64,000 bases of DNA from the UHGV virus genome UHGV-0310767, one strand, 5' to 3'. The notes under the pieces were generated by a model. The model did not search any database and was not told where the DNA came from. It saw nothing but the letters and a program-made list of their open reading frames with translations. Both the position numbers and the translations under genes were made by a program. The stretch comes from a virus. Shown piece by piece: positions 9,921 to 20,214 of the stretch (the stretch's first letter is position 1; the number at the start of each line of letters is the position of its first letter).

Positions 9921-11305
9921 TCAGGCCAGCGCTTTCTGTTTCAAAGCAGTAACCTTGTTCTTTGTCGGTATCATTTGCGAAAACACCTTCATAAGAACTT
10001 GTTTTACAATACTGTTACCAGCTTGCTTATAGAGTTGGGTGTTGCTGTTCACAGAAGCAGCTTTCCAGTAATCTTCATCTGTGAAACCCATCAACCTCCA
10101 ACACTCAAGTGGTGTCAGCTTACGAATACGAATGAGATACAATTCTCCGTTAATCTCATAGATGAATTTGTGAAACTGCTCTGGAATTTCGTTTGCAAGT
10201 CTGCTTTCTAACAGAAAGTTATCCTTCTGTACAGTAGTTATAGTGTTGCAAACACCATCTAATCTAGGTTCGGCTTCTCTGTGTTCGTTATAGCCGTGGT
10301 GTACTTCTCCGGCTTCATACGCTTTTCTAAGACGTTTTCCTTTTCTTGTAGAACTTGAACCACAGTTTGATGTTAGAGTGGTCATTGTTTTCTGGTCTCT
10401 ATGAAACCCAATTCTCTTACATTCAATGGCTGCATTGCTACCGTAGTTGCTGAGTCCCTTGTAATCTCTGGACAAGAGTGTGGCTGCAACATCTGTTTGT
10501 CTTGCATCAGGTGTTCTGGCTTCATCGGAACTTCCGCAGTTACGCAAGATGATACCATCCCCCCCTGTTCAAGGAACGGAACTATCTTCCCAGAGAATAC
10601 CAGCTTATCAACAAGGTCTTTGGCTTTTTCGGATGTAAGATAGTATTTGTCCTCAACCTGAGGTTCAAGGAAATCAGCCATAACAGTTGTGAGAGGTTCA
10701 ATCTCCGGGAAAATGAACTCATAATCCCCTAAAATGCTTACTGCAATACAGCGATTTCTTGATTGGGGTATTCCATAGTTCATTGCGTTAAGGTCTTGCC
10801 AGAAAGTCTTATATCCTCTTGACTCAAGGTAATTAAGCCAGTTTTCAAAGTCTGGCATATTCTTCTTAGAGTGAACTTGAGGAACATTTTCCATAACCAG
10901 AACTTGCGGTAATTGCTCAGTTTCGTTAAGCAAACGCTCAACTTCCCACAAAAGACCAGAGCGTGTACCACTGTCTTTTCTCATACCTTTTCCCTTGCCA
11001 GCCACAGACAAATCTTGACAAGGAAAAGAATATATAAGCAAGTAAGTATAACGGTCTGTGTCAACAATACCAAGGTCTGCCCCTGATATTTTTGTAATAT
11101 CCATCGTTGGAAAGTTGGTTCCATGAATTGCGTTGTAGCTTGCAACCGGGTACTTATCGAACTCAACCACACGGTAGTGTTCAAAATCTACCCCTATGTC
11201 ACGCAATGCCATAGCTTGACTACCTACACCTGCGAACAGTTCAATAAGTCGAATAGGCTTATCAATCTCATATTTCATTAGTGCATCCTCCTCCTTCTTC
11301 CTCAC
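9921..11305 (-). CDS. DNA (cytosine-5) methyltransferase, interrupted by a frameshift at a G7/C7 homopolymer (10559-10565)
   Basis: N-part: FAGVGS (motif I), FPCQDLS (IV), ENV (VI), QSRNR (VIII); C-part: LTPLECWRLMGF (IX), GNSIV (X); frames rejoin if the tract has 8 G; local GC about 45 percent versus about 28 percent backbone. Confidence 0.7.
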
Positions 11306-11472
11306 ACCCCATAAAGGGGTGTGATTTTAGATTTTGAAAGCGGGACGCACACCGGCAGAGAGAGAAGCGGTTTAGTACTGCCATAATTTAACCAATTCCT
11401 TTCTTTATTTTTTTGATTGACAAGTTACATTTTATAAAAATAATCCCTCCACCAAACGGCAGAGAGATTAAT

Positions 11473-11811
11473 CTATCTCAACACGATTGGAGATATAACA
11501 TCAGGCGCAAATTCATCAAAGAAAGTGACTCCAATTATTTTGATATGCTCACAAGTTTTAAGAACTAAAACATCGTCATAAGCATCCAAATAATATTTGA
11601 ATTTTTCTTCCATGTTTTCTGCCATATTAATTATAATCTCAGGTTTTTTTAATCTATCGTCTTTTATAATAACAGCAATAAACTTATAATCATTTTCCAT
11701 TGCTATTAAAAAATAATTGACGAAAGATTCTCGGCTAATGTATGGATTAGCTACATTACTTTTTTTCTTTGGTTTTGGTTTACGATAAGGATAATAACCA
11801 CTTACTCCCAT
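11473..11811 (-). CDS. hypothetical protein
   Basis: 112-aa ORF. Confidence 0.35.
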   Translation of the reverse strand: MGVSGYYPYRKPKPKKKSNVANPYISRESFVNYFLIAMENDYKFIAVIIKDDRLKKPEIIINMAENMEEKFKYYLDAYDDVLVLKTCEHIKIIGVTFFDEFAPDVISPIVLR

Positions 11812-12854
11812 TATTCATCCTCCACTACAATTCCTCTGTCACAAGCAAAATCCACCAAAGTATTATAAATACTTTCCAGACAAGAAACTTCTTCGTCCGT
11901 GGCAGATGTTACAGTACGATTTTTACCTAACTGTCCATAAACCACATCATTTACAAAATCTGGATAAGGTTTATATAATCTAGCGATATAAGGTTTGATT
12001 AATTCAATCCAATCCTCTTTTGTATGTGCTGTATCTGTCACAGAAAATGTAGTTAATCCAACATTTTCATCTTCCGCTGATTTAATAATAGCTTTTTCCA
12101 TAGCTTCACACATATTAGCCGCTGTAAATGGGTCAATATAAGTCTGCATTGCATAACGGCTTCTTGCGAATACATGAGATGTTTCTTTACAAATTCCAGT
12201 AGACTTAATAGTCATATTTGTTTCTGGGTCAACACCATTTGCCTTTGTATAAATAGTGAAATCACAAATATCACGTATCATACGCATAGAAGATTTTTCA
12301 TTTCCACTTCCTTTTGGCTGTAAATAAGGAATAATTTCACCTGTTAATTCATTGAAATGCTTTTCATCTAATTCCTCATGAGCTATAAAAATAATAAAAT
12401 AACCCATAGACGTAAGTTTATTAATCTGTGTAGCGAACTGCCGTCTGGCTATTTTATAACCATTTGCTTTACCTTCAATTTCAGATAAATCTCTTACTCC
12501 AAAAGTTTTACATACTGACTGTTCACAAAGGTCAACAAGATTTTCTGCTGTATCAATTACAATTGTAAAGAATTTTTCTGACATTTCCTGATAAGTGGAA
12601 GGATTAGTTAGCAAAGATACATAATTTATAAAATCAGCCCATAAATTAACTGGCTTTTTATACCCTCTAATTCCATTTCCACCAGATTCAGTCATTAAGA
12701 GTAAGGCTCTATCACACTTCATGGCCTGGAAGGTTTTGCCTGTAGAATTTTTGCCATAAATTAAAACTTTTTGTCCTGCTAACCCACCAACCATATCCTC
12801 AATCTCTAAATCTAATAATGGATTTGATTTCTTTTTCTCAGTTTTTTCTGACAT
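11811..12854 (-). CDS. AAA_24-like P-loop ATPase (Sak4-type)
   Basis: 347 aa; Walker A GKNSTGKT, Walker B-like IVIDTAE. Confidence 0.45.
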   Translation of the reverse strand: MSEKTEKKKSNPLLDLEIEDMVGGLAGQKVLIYGKNSTGKTFQAMKCDRALLLMTESGGNGIRGYKKPVNLWADFINYVSLLTNPSTYQEMSEKFFTIVIDTAENLVDLCEQSVCKTFGVRDLSEIEGKANGYKIARRQFATQINKLTSMGYFIIFIAHEELDEKHFNELTGEIIPYLQPKGSGNEKSSMRMIRDICDFTIYTKANGVDPETNMTIKSTGICKETSHVFARSRYAMQTYIDPFTAANMCEAMEKAIIKSAEDENVGLTTFSVTDTAHTKEDWIELIKPYIARLYKPYPDFVNDVVYGQLGKNRTVTSATDEEVSCLESIYNTLVDFACDRGIVVEDE

Positions 12855-13006
12855 TTTATATTACCTTTCTTATTTTTATGATGATGAAGTTAAATTATTA
12901 AATGTTACAAGACAGTAGAGAGGTTTTAAGTTAATAGGCTACCCAATTCCCCACCTCTTACATTAAAACCTCTCCTATACCCTTTGTAACGTTTTTTAGC
13001 CTATGT

Positions 13007-14032
13007 TTAGAATGGCGCACCCTCCATGCCAGACATTGAGGCTACATTCGGCTTTCTGTTTCCTAATCCCTTAGACTTCCCGGCTTTAGAAGCAGGGGCC
13101 GCATTAGCAGTTGAACCATCTTTTGCTTTATCTTCAAGAACCTTAAGCTTCATTTCTCTTTCAACCATAAGAGATTTCATAATATCTGGCGTGAAAGGCT
13201 TTTTCTTTTCATCTTCTGTATCTTCATCATAGGCAGGTTCTCCACCTATAACAAGCAGTTCTAAAATCTCAAACCCTTCATTAGTATTGGCTTTTCTACC
13301 AAAGCCGCCTTTTTTCTGCTTCTGTCCTCCTATACGATGCATATTAAGTTCTACACCCAAACAGCACGTATCTCCTGGCGCATATCCTGGAACCTGTTCA
13401 CCTGTAATTTCATCTACATAGCCATCGACAAATGCTTCGGCTAAATCTTCTGGAACAATCAGAGTGAAAGGTTCTGCTTCTCCACGGAAATTGATGGTAA
13501 TAAATTCCACCATGTAGCGGCCTGTTTCTTCTGGTTCATCACTTTCATTTTTAGGAGGAATTGTTTCAGCCTTAATACTTCTGATTACTCCTTCTAACTG
13601 GAAGTCTGTCTGAGATTCCTTATCTGCATTTTCACGGTTCACCTTAATGATTCTTACCTGTGGGGAAGATACCATTTTTCCTGAGTTCTGATTGTATCTG
13701 TCCCAGCAACCTAAGTTTACAGTTGCGCTTATAACATCAGGAGTTAAATCTTTGTTCTTTGCCGCATCTGCCGCTGAAACATAAGAATTATGCAATGTTT
13801 CCATGTTTGCATAAAGTTTTGCTTTATCTCCTTTTCTGTTATATTCTGACTGATTGATTCTCAAATTGTAATCTCCATTCTTTGTAGAAATTACAATGTT
13901 GCCCTGTACCGCATTACAGGTCATTTTTGTGCCGTCCTCTTTTTCAATTTCCACCTGTTTGATTTCTGTAGATTTCTCAGACAGAACGCCGATGATAAGT
14001 CCATTATTGATTGTCGCTCTTACATTTTCCAT
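13007..14032 (-). CDS. hypothetical protein (possible ssDNA-binding/recombination protein), C-terminal ...GAPF tail
   Basis: 341 aa; acidic region and terminal APF reminiscent of SSB C-terminal tails; AAGGAG RBS. Confidence 0.3.
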   Translation of the reverse strand: MENVRATINNGLIIGVLSEKSTEIKQVEIEKEDGTKMTCNAVQGNIVISTKNGDYNLRINQSEYNRKGDKAKLYANMETLHNSYVSAADAAKNKDLTPDVISATVNLGCWDRYNQNSGKMVSSPQVRIIKVNRENADKESQTDFQLEGVIRSIKAETIPPKNESDEPEETGRYMVEFITINFRGEAEPFTLIVPEDLAEAFVDGYVDEITGEQVPGYAPGDTCCLGVELNMHRIGGQKQKKGGFGRKANTNEGFEILELLVIGGEPAYDEDTEDEKKKPFTPDIMKSLMVEREMKLKVLEDKAKDGSTANAAPASKAGKSKGLGNRKPNVASMSGMEGAPF

Positions 14033-14073
14033 TTAATATCTCCTTATTTTAAAAATTAATTTTAATTATTTTT

Positions 14074-14358
14074 TTACTGATTGGACTTTTTACCCTTAAG
14101 GTAAAGATTACGTGTTCCTTCTTCCAGCATACCTTTTTTATCAAGTTCTGCTGAACAAAATGCTTCAATGTCTGCAATAGTCTTTCCTGCCGTAATTAAA
14201 TCTTTTACAGTCTGAATGGCAGAATAGTAACTTGACAAAGCCGCATTAATAGCTATTGTTTTTTCACTTTCTTTAATTCCATTCATCATATAAGCTTTTT
14301 TAGTTTTAAAAGCTTTACTATTGCGATTGAAAACTTTTTTTGCTGGTGCACCACCCAT
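14074..14358 (-). CDS. hypothetical protein
   Basis: 94-aa ORF. Confidence 0.35.
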   Translation of the reverse strand: MGGAPAKKVFNRNSKAFKTKKAYMMNGIKESEKTIAINAALSSYYSAIQTVKDLITAGKTIADIEAFCSAELDKKGMLEEGTRNLYLKGKKSNQ

Positions 14359-14418
14359 TTATAAACCTCCTTCTCTGAATTAAATTGTTATTGTTTCTAT
14401 ATCATACAACAATTTAAT

Positions 14419-14655
14419 TTAATTGTCAAGAAGTTTCTGAAAATTTTCATAAAATTCTTTTGTTTCTTCATCCGAACAATGAAAAGTAACTACTAATTCC
14501 CTTGATAAATCCAAAGAGAATATTCCCATTATAGATTTTGCATCTATTGTGTAATGATTTAAAGAAATATCTATATCATAGTTCTGTTGAGAAGTAAATT
14601 CAACAAAAGCTTTTACTTCTTCTGGCGTATGAAAATGGATTTTATATTTTGTCAT
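14419..14655 (-). CDS. hypothetical protein
   Basis: 78-aa ORF. Confidence 0.35.
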   Translation of the reverse strand: MTKYKIHFHTPEEVKAFVEFTSQQNYDIDISLNHYTIDAKSIMGIFSLDLSRELVVTFHCSDEETKEFYENFQKLLDN

Positions 14656-14667
14656 ATATTTCCTTTC

Positions 14668-15114
14668 TTATTTTGTGCTGAACCAATGATTACCTAATTT
14701 GGTAAAATTGCGTCCATTGGATTTTCCTACAGAAAAATAAACATAATTAGTGGAGAAAATAGTTGGCCCATTTTCTACCACATATTTTACCGCTTCATAA
14801 TTTTCTTCATTAGGAACAGTACCTTTGAGTTTACTTGCTGTAGAAAATTGTCTCTTTTCGTATATAACGTCATAAACAGTATCTTCAAAATCACTGTCTA
14901 AAACTCGATTCAATACAACTTCTACTACTGCTTTTTGTCCATCTAGAGATTCGCCCCTAGCTTCATGGAAAACCAGAGCGGCAAGAAGGTCTATATCATC
15001 CTCTGAAATGGATATAGTTTCATAGGGGTTTGTAGTTTCTGCTTTTGCTATGTTTGTAAACATTAATGAAAAACTTAATGCTAACAAACATATAATTGAT
15101 TTTATTCCTTTCAT
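14668..15114 (-). CDS. cell wall hydrolase, SleB/CwlJ (Hydrolase_2) family, with signal peptide
   Basis: 148 aa; N-terminal signal peptide; LLAALVFHEARGES...GQKAVVEVVLNRV hallmark. Confidence 0.6.
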   Translation of the reverse strand: MKGIKSIICLLALSFSLMFTNIAKAETTNPYETISISEDDIDLLAALVFHEARGESLDGQKAVVEVVLNRVLDSDFEDTVYDVIYEKRQFSTASKLKGTVPNEENYEAVKYVVENGPTIFSTNYVYFSVGKSNGRNFTKLGNHWFSTK

Positions 15115-15157
15115 TTATACCTCCGTATTTTTTTATTTTTATCTTAGAACATTCAAT

Positions 15158-15358
15158 TTAACCACCTTCTTTCTTATTCTTATTTGAAAATATTCCTGGT
15201 TCATATTGTCTGGCACATCTCATAGCCATTACATATTGACATTTATGAATACTTTCCATAAAATCTTTTTGTTCATTAGGATGTTGGGAATCTAGTTCTA
15301 AAAATAAATTCCAACATCTAGTTAATAGTGTCATTACCATTATTTCTTTTATTTTCAT
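15158..15358 (-). CDS. hypothetical protein
   Basis: 66-aa ORF. Confidence 0.25.
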   Translation of the reverse strand: MKIKEIMVMTLLTRCWNLFLELDSQHPNEQKDFMESIHKCQYVMAMRCARQYEPGIFSNKNKKEGG

Positions 15359-15366
15359 TTTTCCTC

Positions 15367-16185
15367 CTATGCTAACTGCATATTAAGCATTACATTTTTC
15401 ACAGTTTCTTCTGTATTATGAGAATATCTCTGAGTAGTAGAGATATCAGAATGACAAATTACATCTTTAGCAATATTGATTCCATACTCATTACATATCT
15501 CACTAACATAAGTATGTCTTAAAGTATGATTACTAATATGTTCTTCAATATCTGCTTTTTCTGCAACCTTACGTAACATTTTAGAAATACAATCCCTTCT
15601 CATTGGGGTGCCATGATTACTAACAAATAAGTTAGGGATTCCTGAATTTTTACGTACTTTTATATATTCGTCTACAATTTTCCTACATTCTTCATTAAAG
15701 TATATTTTTCTCTCCCTATCCCCTTTAATTTTAATGGTTACAGTTTGAGAATTATACTGCTCTAAACTTAAATTAATAAGTTCACTAACACGCATACCCG
15801 TAGAAAGATATATAGCAATAATAGCTTTATCTCTAGGATTGCTGGCTTCTGTTAATAAGTTTTTAGCTTCCTTCATAGGAACATAGTCTTTCTTTTTATT
15901 CTTAATTGTTGGAGATTTTATTGTTGTTGCTGGGTTTAATGTCATAGTACCAACCTTACATAAAAAGTCATAGTAACTTTTTATAGCTGTAAGCTTTCTA
16001 GCGATTGTAGCACTGGCGTACCCTCTTTTAACCATCTCTGATTTCCAGTCATAAACTTCTCCATATGTAATTTTTGTTTCTTCTGTATTTACAAAATCAA
16101 AAAATTGATTAATGTCACTTTCGTAAGAAATTCTAGTATCTTCACTTTCAAACCCACCTAAAAATCTTTTAATATTGTTATTCAT
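15367..16185 (-). CDS. tyrosine site-specific recombinase (XerC/D-like integrase)
   Basis: 272 aa; C-terminal HTLRHTYVSE...HSDISTTQRYSH catalytic motif. Confidence 0.75.
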   Translation of the reverse strand: MNNNIKRFLGGFESEDTRISYESDINQFFDFVNTEETKITYGEVYDWKSEMVKRGYASATIARKLTAIKSYYDFLCKVGTMTLNPATTIKSPTIKNKKKDYVPMKEAKNLLTEASNPRDKAIIAIYLSTGMRVSELINLSLEQYNSQTVTIKIKGDRERKIYFNEECRKIVDEYIKVRKNSGIPNLFVSNHGTPMRRDCISKMLRKVAEKADIEEHISNHTLRHTYVSEICNEYGINIAKDVICHSDISTTQRYSHNTEETVKNVMLNMQLA

Positions 16186-16261
16186 AAGTATTACCTCCTT
16201 TATTTATATATTTATATTATCATACTTTCTTTAAAAAGTCAATAGTTTTCATCATAATTTT

Positions 16262-16292
16262 ATAAAAGCACCCTTATGAGGTGCTTTCTTTT
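16262..16292 (-). terminator. intrinsic terminator after 16274..16594
   Basis: hairpin aaagcacc/ggtgcttt overlapping the stop codon, followed by a T-run on the minus strand. Confidence 0.4.
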
Positions 16293-16594
16293 TCTGCCTG
16301 TATCATATTTCTATTTTTAAATTCTATATAATCTAAGACTTCTACGTCTTTATCTTCATTGATAGAGTACTGTATTTTAGGAATCTCCATACGACATTTC
16401 ATAGGAACGGTTTTATTTCTTATCTGTTTTATTAATTGTTTAAAAGTTCTTTTTAAAATTTCTTCTGAGCCTACTCTTTTTTCTCTATGGACTATTGTGT
16501 CCCCTGTCCATATGATAAATTCCACTTCATATTCTATAAAAATATTTCCAAAATTCATTCGTATCCAATCTTCCATATTAATGTTTGTATACAT
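16274..16594 (-). CDS. hypothetical protein
   Basis: 106-aa ORF. Confidence 0.35.
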   Translation of the reverse strand: MYTNINMEDWIRMNFGNIFIEYEVEFIIWTGDTIVHREKRVGSEEILKRTFKQLIKQIRNKTVPMKCRMEIPKIQYSINEDKDVEVLDYIEFKNRNMIQAEKESTS

Positions 16595-16603
16595 ATAGTT
16601 CTC

Positions 16604-17095
16604 CTATATCTCTAAATAATTTTCCCAATAATAATCCAGGTAATCATCCTGGTATACTTCTTTAACCTCCCTATCAGTATAATCATAACTAAAGTTGACA
16701 AAGATATTATCTTTTTTCTGTAGCCAATACACCTCAACAATATTTCTAACTTGTGGTCTATCTATTTTAAAATAGTCAGCCATCATATCAAAAATTTGTT
16801 CAGCTTCATACTGCGTTTGAGCCGCAATTACACATTTCTTTTTGTTTTTGGTTCTATGTCCGCATTCAACATACGTATAATAAAATGTATATAAGGTGAA
16901 ACTAGGATTCTTTTTATCCTCTTGTTCATCCAAAATTGCTCTTTGTCTTTGTTTCCACCTTTCATATTCATCTGAACTACCAAAATTCAAAGGCTTTTTT
17001 CTTATATAACTTTTTCTTGATTTACCACTCATATTTTTCTCCTTTCTTATTATGTAAATAAAGGGGATACTCACACTGGCAAGCACCCCCTCCAT
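16604..17095 (-). CDS. hypothetical protein
   Basis: 163-aa ORF. Confidence 0.35.
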   Translation of the reverse strand: MEGVLASVSIPFIYIIRKEKNMSGKSRKSYIRKKPLNFGSSDEYERWKQRQRAILDEQEDKKNPSFTLYTFYYTYVECGHRTKNKKKCVIAAQTQYEAEQIFDMMADYFKIDRPQVRNIVEVYWLQKKDNIFVNFSYDYTDREVKEVYQDDYLDYYWENYLEI

Positions 17096-17233
17096 TTTAG
17101 CATATATGACTGAATCCCTTATTGGGCGATTTGTTTTTCAACAATTGATTTTACATTCTTTTTTAAGGAGCCAGGATATCCTTTTGCGCGCGCGGCTCCG
17201 GACTCCTTTCTTAGTTTTCAAAAAAATCTCAGT

Positions 17234-17686
17234 TTACTTGATAAACACCAGCCATCTGGTTTTTCCTCTTTGGTCCCCTAAAAGCGGCTTTTTAGCAAAA
17301 CATTTTAATACTTCTGTTAATTTTATCTGGTTCTCACTCCATTTAAAAATCAGCAGCCCATCCGATTCTAAAACTCTCATGCACTCATTAAAACCTTGTT
17401 TCAGATACTCTGGCCAAGCCGCTGGCAGAATACCGTACTTACTGTCCAACCAGCTACCGGTTCCGGCATGGATAAGGTGCGGTGGGTCAAACACAACCAC
17501 CTTAAATGTATTGTCATGATACGGCATTTCCCGAAAATCCATTTGCACATCTGGTTTAATCAGCAGTGTGCGCCCATCACATAGTGTCGTTTCCAGCTCC
17601 CTGTTGTCGGCATATATTACCTCTGGATTCTGCCTGTCGAAATAAAACATTCGGCTGCCGCAACATGCATCTAAAATTCTTTTCAT
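17234..17686 (-). CDS. small SAM-dependent methyltransferase-like protein (motif I ILDACCGS, motif IV DPPH)
   Basis: 150 aa; spacing of motif I to DPPH as in RsmD and amino-MTases; region GC-enriched (about 45-50 percent). Confidence 0.4.
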   Translation of the reverse strand: MKRILDACCGSRMFYFDRQNPEVIYADNRELETTLCDGRTLLIKPDVQMDFREMPYHDNTFKVVVFDPPHLIHAGTGSWLDSKYGILPAAWPEYLKQGFNECMRVLESDGLLIFKWSENQIKLTEVLKCFAKKPLLGDQRGKTRWLVFIK

Positions 17687-17805
17687 TATTCACCTCTCCT
17701 AAATTTTAATTTTGTATCTCTTACAATAAAGAGTATATCACATACTTTATGATAAGTCAATCACTTTTTCAAAAAATTTTTTAATTTATTTTTTCATGTT
17801 CCGAA

Positions 17806-18393
17806 TTACTTTATATCCAATTCTTTTTTTAATTGTCTTATTAATTTATTTATAATTCTACTAATGTTAGAGTGAGTCGTGTTAAATTCTTTTGCGATTT
17901 CTATTTGTTTATAACCAGCAATAAATTTATATAATATCTTTTTTTCTTTTTCGTTTTTAATTTTATCCAAAAAATTCTCTAAAACTATTTTAATAATAGT
18001 TTCATTTTCTACATCACATCTTATATCAGAAATGCAATTTAATCCATCGTTTATTTCTTTATCATCATTAATTTTCCTAGATGTATTATAATGAAAAAGA
18101 TATTTTTCTCCTTCCCTCTTTTGCATGGTTTCTTTTCTCCATTGATGTTTTACTTCATTCCACATAATAAAATATGCATAAGTAGAAAATTTTGAACCTT
18201 GTTCTGGATTAAAAGTTCGTGCGGCTTTTACTAAACCGATAGCCGCAATATCATAGTAATCATCTATAGTTAAATTCCTACTTTTTAAAAAAGAATAAAT
18301 AAGATTATGATTTTCTGTAATAAAATAATCTAATTCATTCTTTGTGTAAGGGGGTAGTTTCAACGTTTCACTTCCTTTCTGAGTTTCAGACAA
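17806..18393 (-). CDS. sigma-70 family RNA polymerase sigma factor
   Basis: 195 aa; region 2 KFSTYAYFIMWNEVKHQWRK; region 4 HTH IAKEFNTTHSNISRI. Confidence 0.65.
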   Translation of the reverse strand: MSETQKGSETLKLPPYTKNELDYFITENHNLIYSFLKSRNLTIDDYYDIAAIGLVKAARTFNPEQGSKFSTYAYFIMWNEVKHQWRKETMQKREGEKYLFHYNTSRKINDDKEINDGLNCISDIRCDVENETIIKIVLENFLDKIKNEKEKKILYKFIAGYKQIEIAKEFNTTHSNISRIINKLIRQLKKELDIK

Positions 18394-18753
18394 TTAAAAC
18401 CGATTTAGATTTTATATATCTAAAAACCAATTTAAATTTTCTGATATCTTATATATTATATATCAACAATTATTTTAAAACCTATTATGCCATTCTCTAC
18501 ATAATAAGGAATAATAGAATTATACTCTGTGGTACATATTACCCTTAACATACATTCGGCATAATCTTTACCTGTCATATCACAAATTCTTCCTTTGTAT
18601 AAAGTTTCACCCCCCCACATACATTAAGATGAAGCCCTCTTGTGTCTAAATTAGATGAATAACTTTTGTTCTTGTGAATAAAGACATAAGTATTACTATC
18701 TAATTTATTTAATATATCCACTAAAAATATACTTTCCATAAATTTTCCTTTCT

Positions 18754-18930
18754 TTATTCTTTATTTACTTTTCTGACTTTTATATCCTTTAAAAAATCAC
18801 CAAAAGTTGCATAATATTCCCTTGCGCCTTTTAACCAAATAAGATATTTAGCTTTAGCATCTGATTCCGCTTCTATAAAATTTCCTTGCAGATGTTCTAC
18901 TGAGTTTGATTCATAATAATAAGTATTCAT
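18754..18930 (-). CDS. small hypothetical protein (58 aa)
   Basis: not in ORF track (under 60 aa); GAAGGAG RBS; preceded by consensus promoter. Confidence 0.4.
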   Translation of the reverse strand: MNTYYYESNSVEHLQGNFIEAESDAKAKYLIWLKGAREYYATFGDFLKDIKVRKVNKE

Positions 18931-19000
18931 TTTTTATCTCCTTCATAAAAAAATATTTTTTGATACTATCTTTAAAAATCCTATTTATAGATTTTATTAT

Positions 19001-19029
19001 ATTATAACATAAAAATAAAAAATTGTAAA
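19001..19029 (-). promoter_or_regulatory. sigma-A promoter (TTTACA-N17-TATAAT on minus strand)
   Basis: plus tgtaaa 19024-19029, attata 19001-19006, 17-nt spacer. Confidence 0.5.
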
Positions 19030-19047
19030 GAATAAAATAAATTTTTC

Positions 19048-19067
19048 CTTCAATTCGTAAAGTAAAA
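19048..19067 (+). repeat. conserved motif CTTCAATTCGTAAAGTAAAA, copy 2
   Basis: identical to copies at 4427 and 34674. Confidence 0.6.
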
Positions 19068-19812
19068 AAATAAAACAAAAAACGGCCGGGAATTTTTAAT
19101 ATCGCCATTACCGTTTTTTGTTTTATGTATTTTCGCCTGGAAATTTTCTTTATCGCCATTCTGGGATTTTTAGATTGCCCCAATTTACATACAAATTATT
19201 TATACAATTATTTACAAAAAATATTTTTCAAATTTAAATTGTAAGAATTTTCTGACTTTTAAAAATGGTCATAAAATTTCTGCTGTCTCGGTCCATCTTG
19301 TTTGCATCCTGTTATAAACTCGTAAAAAGCGTTTCTAGCCACTTTACATATGCGCTTGATATTTTATCCATCTTCACTATAAAGTGGCTAGAATTAGCTT
19401 ATAATGCGTTATACGGCATGTTAACATAATACTATGTGGTAAGGAGGATATAACGCCCCTCATTTTACATTGTCGGACATTTCCTCATGAACACTGTTAA
19501 AACTGGTCTTACTTGCTTTTACCGGGTTTTAACAACCTTCCTACATCGTCTAAACCTCTCAGAATCGCCATAGACGGCCTAAACACTCTTAAGCTTATAT
19601 AACTACCTTAAAGCCTTTAAACTCGACTCTCATTGATTCTGATAATCTCTAGTAAATTAATAGGAATGAATTTCAATTCATGACATACAGACTTTTACAC
19701 TTTACTTTATTAAATTATCAATGTCACATAAATAAAAATAAGTAACCCCTAAAGCTTTTACACTTTAAAGATTGCCTATACCTATTTAACGGTTTTATAG
19801 TGGCTATTTAAT

Positions 19813-19947
19813 TCAATGTTCCCATGTCAACCTTTTAATACCATTCACCCATATTTCTATATTACTACCTTCTCTAAACCACTCTACAGCGGTTTTATGG
19901 ACTTCTGTACATTCCCCTGTGGTAGTGTTCATGTAATATTTATTCAT
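19813..19947 (-). CDS. small hypothetical protein (44 aa)
   Basis: AAGGAG RBS; ATG at 19945-19947 (revcomp); TGA stop. Confidence 0.3.
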   Translation of the reverse strand: MNKYYMNTTTGECTEVHKTAVEWFREGSNIEIWVNGIKRLTWEH

Positions 19948-20183
19948 TTGTTGTTTACTCCTTTCTTCTCTTTCCTATAATGATATCATACATTTCATAT
20001 AAAGTCAAGTCTGAATATTTGCTATTTTAAACTGTAATTATCTGATAATTAAAAAATTGTACCTTCCATGTTTGCACAATCAAGTTTGCATTCCACACCA
20101 TACATTATGTAACTATTTAATTATGTAATAATTATATCATCATTTTATGAATCTGTCAATTACTTTTTTATATATTTTCATAA

Positions 20184-20214
20184 TAAAAACCTTCCATTTC
20201 TGGAAGGTTTTAAA
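20184..20214. terminator. bidirectional intrinsic terminator (aaccttcca / tggaaggtt)
   Basis: 9-bp stem, 4-nt loop, A-run before and T-run after. Confidence 0.5.

Noticed and set aside
17106-17519. 137-aa plus-strand ORF overlapping the MTase-like gene
   Set aside because: Antisense to a gene with recognisable MTase motifs. GC-rich sequence inflates ORF length. No RBS.
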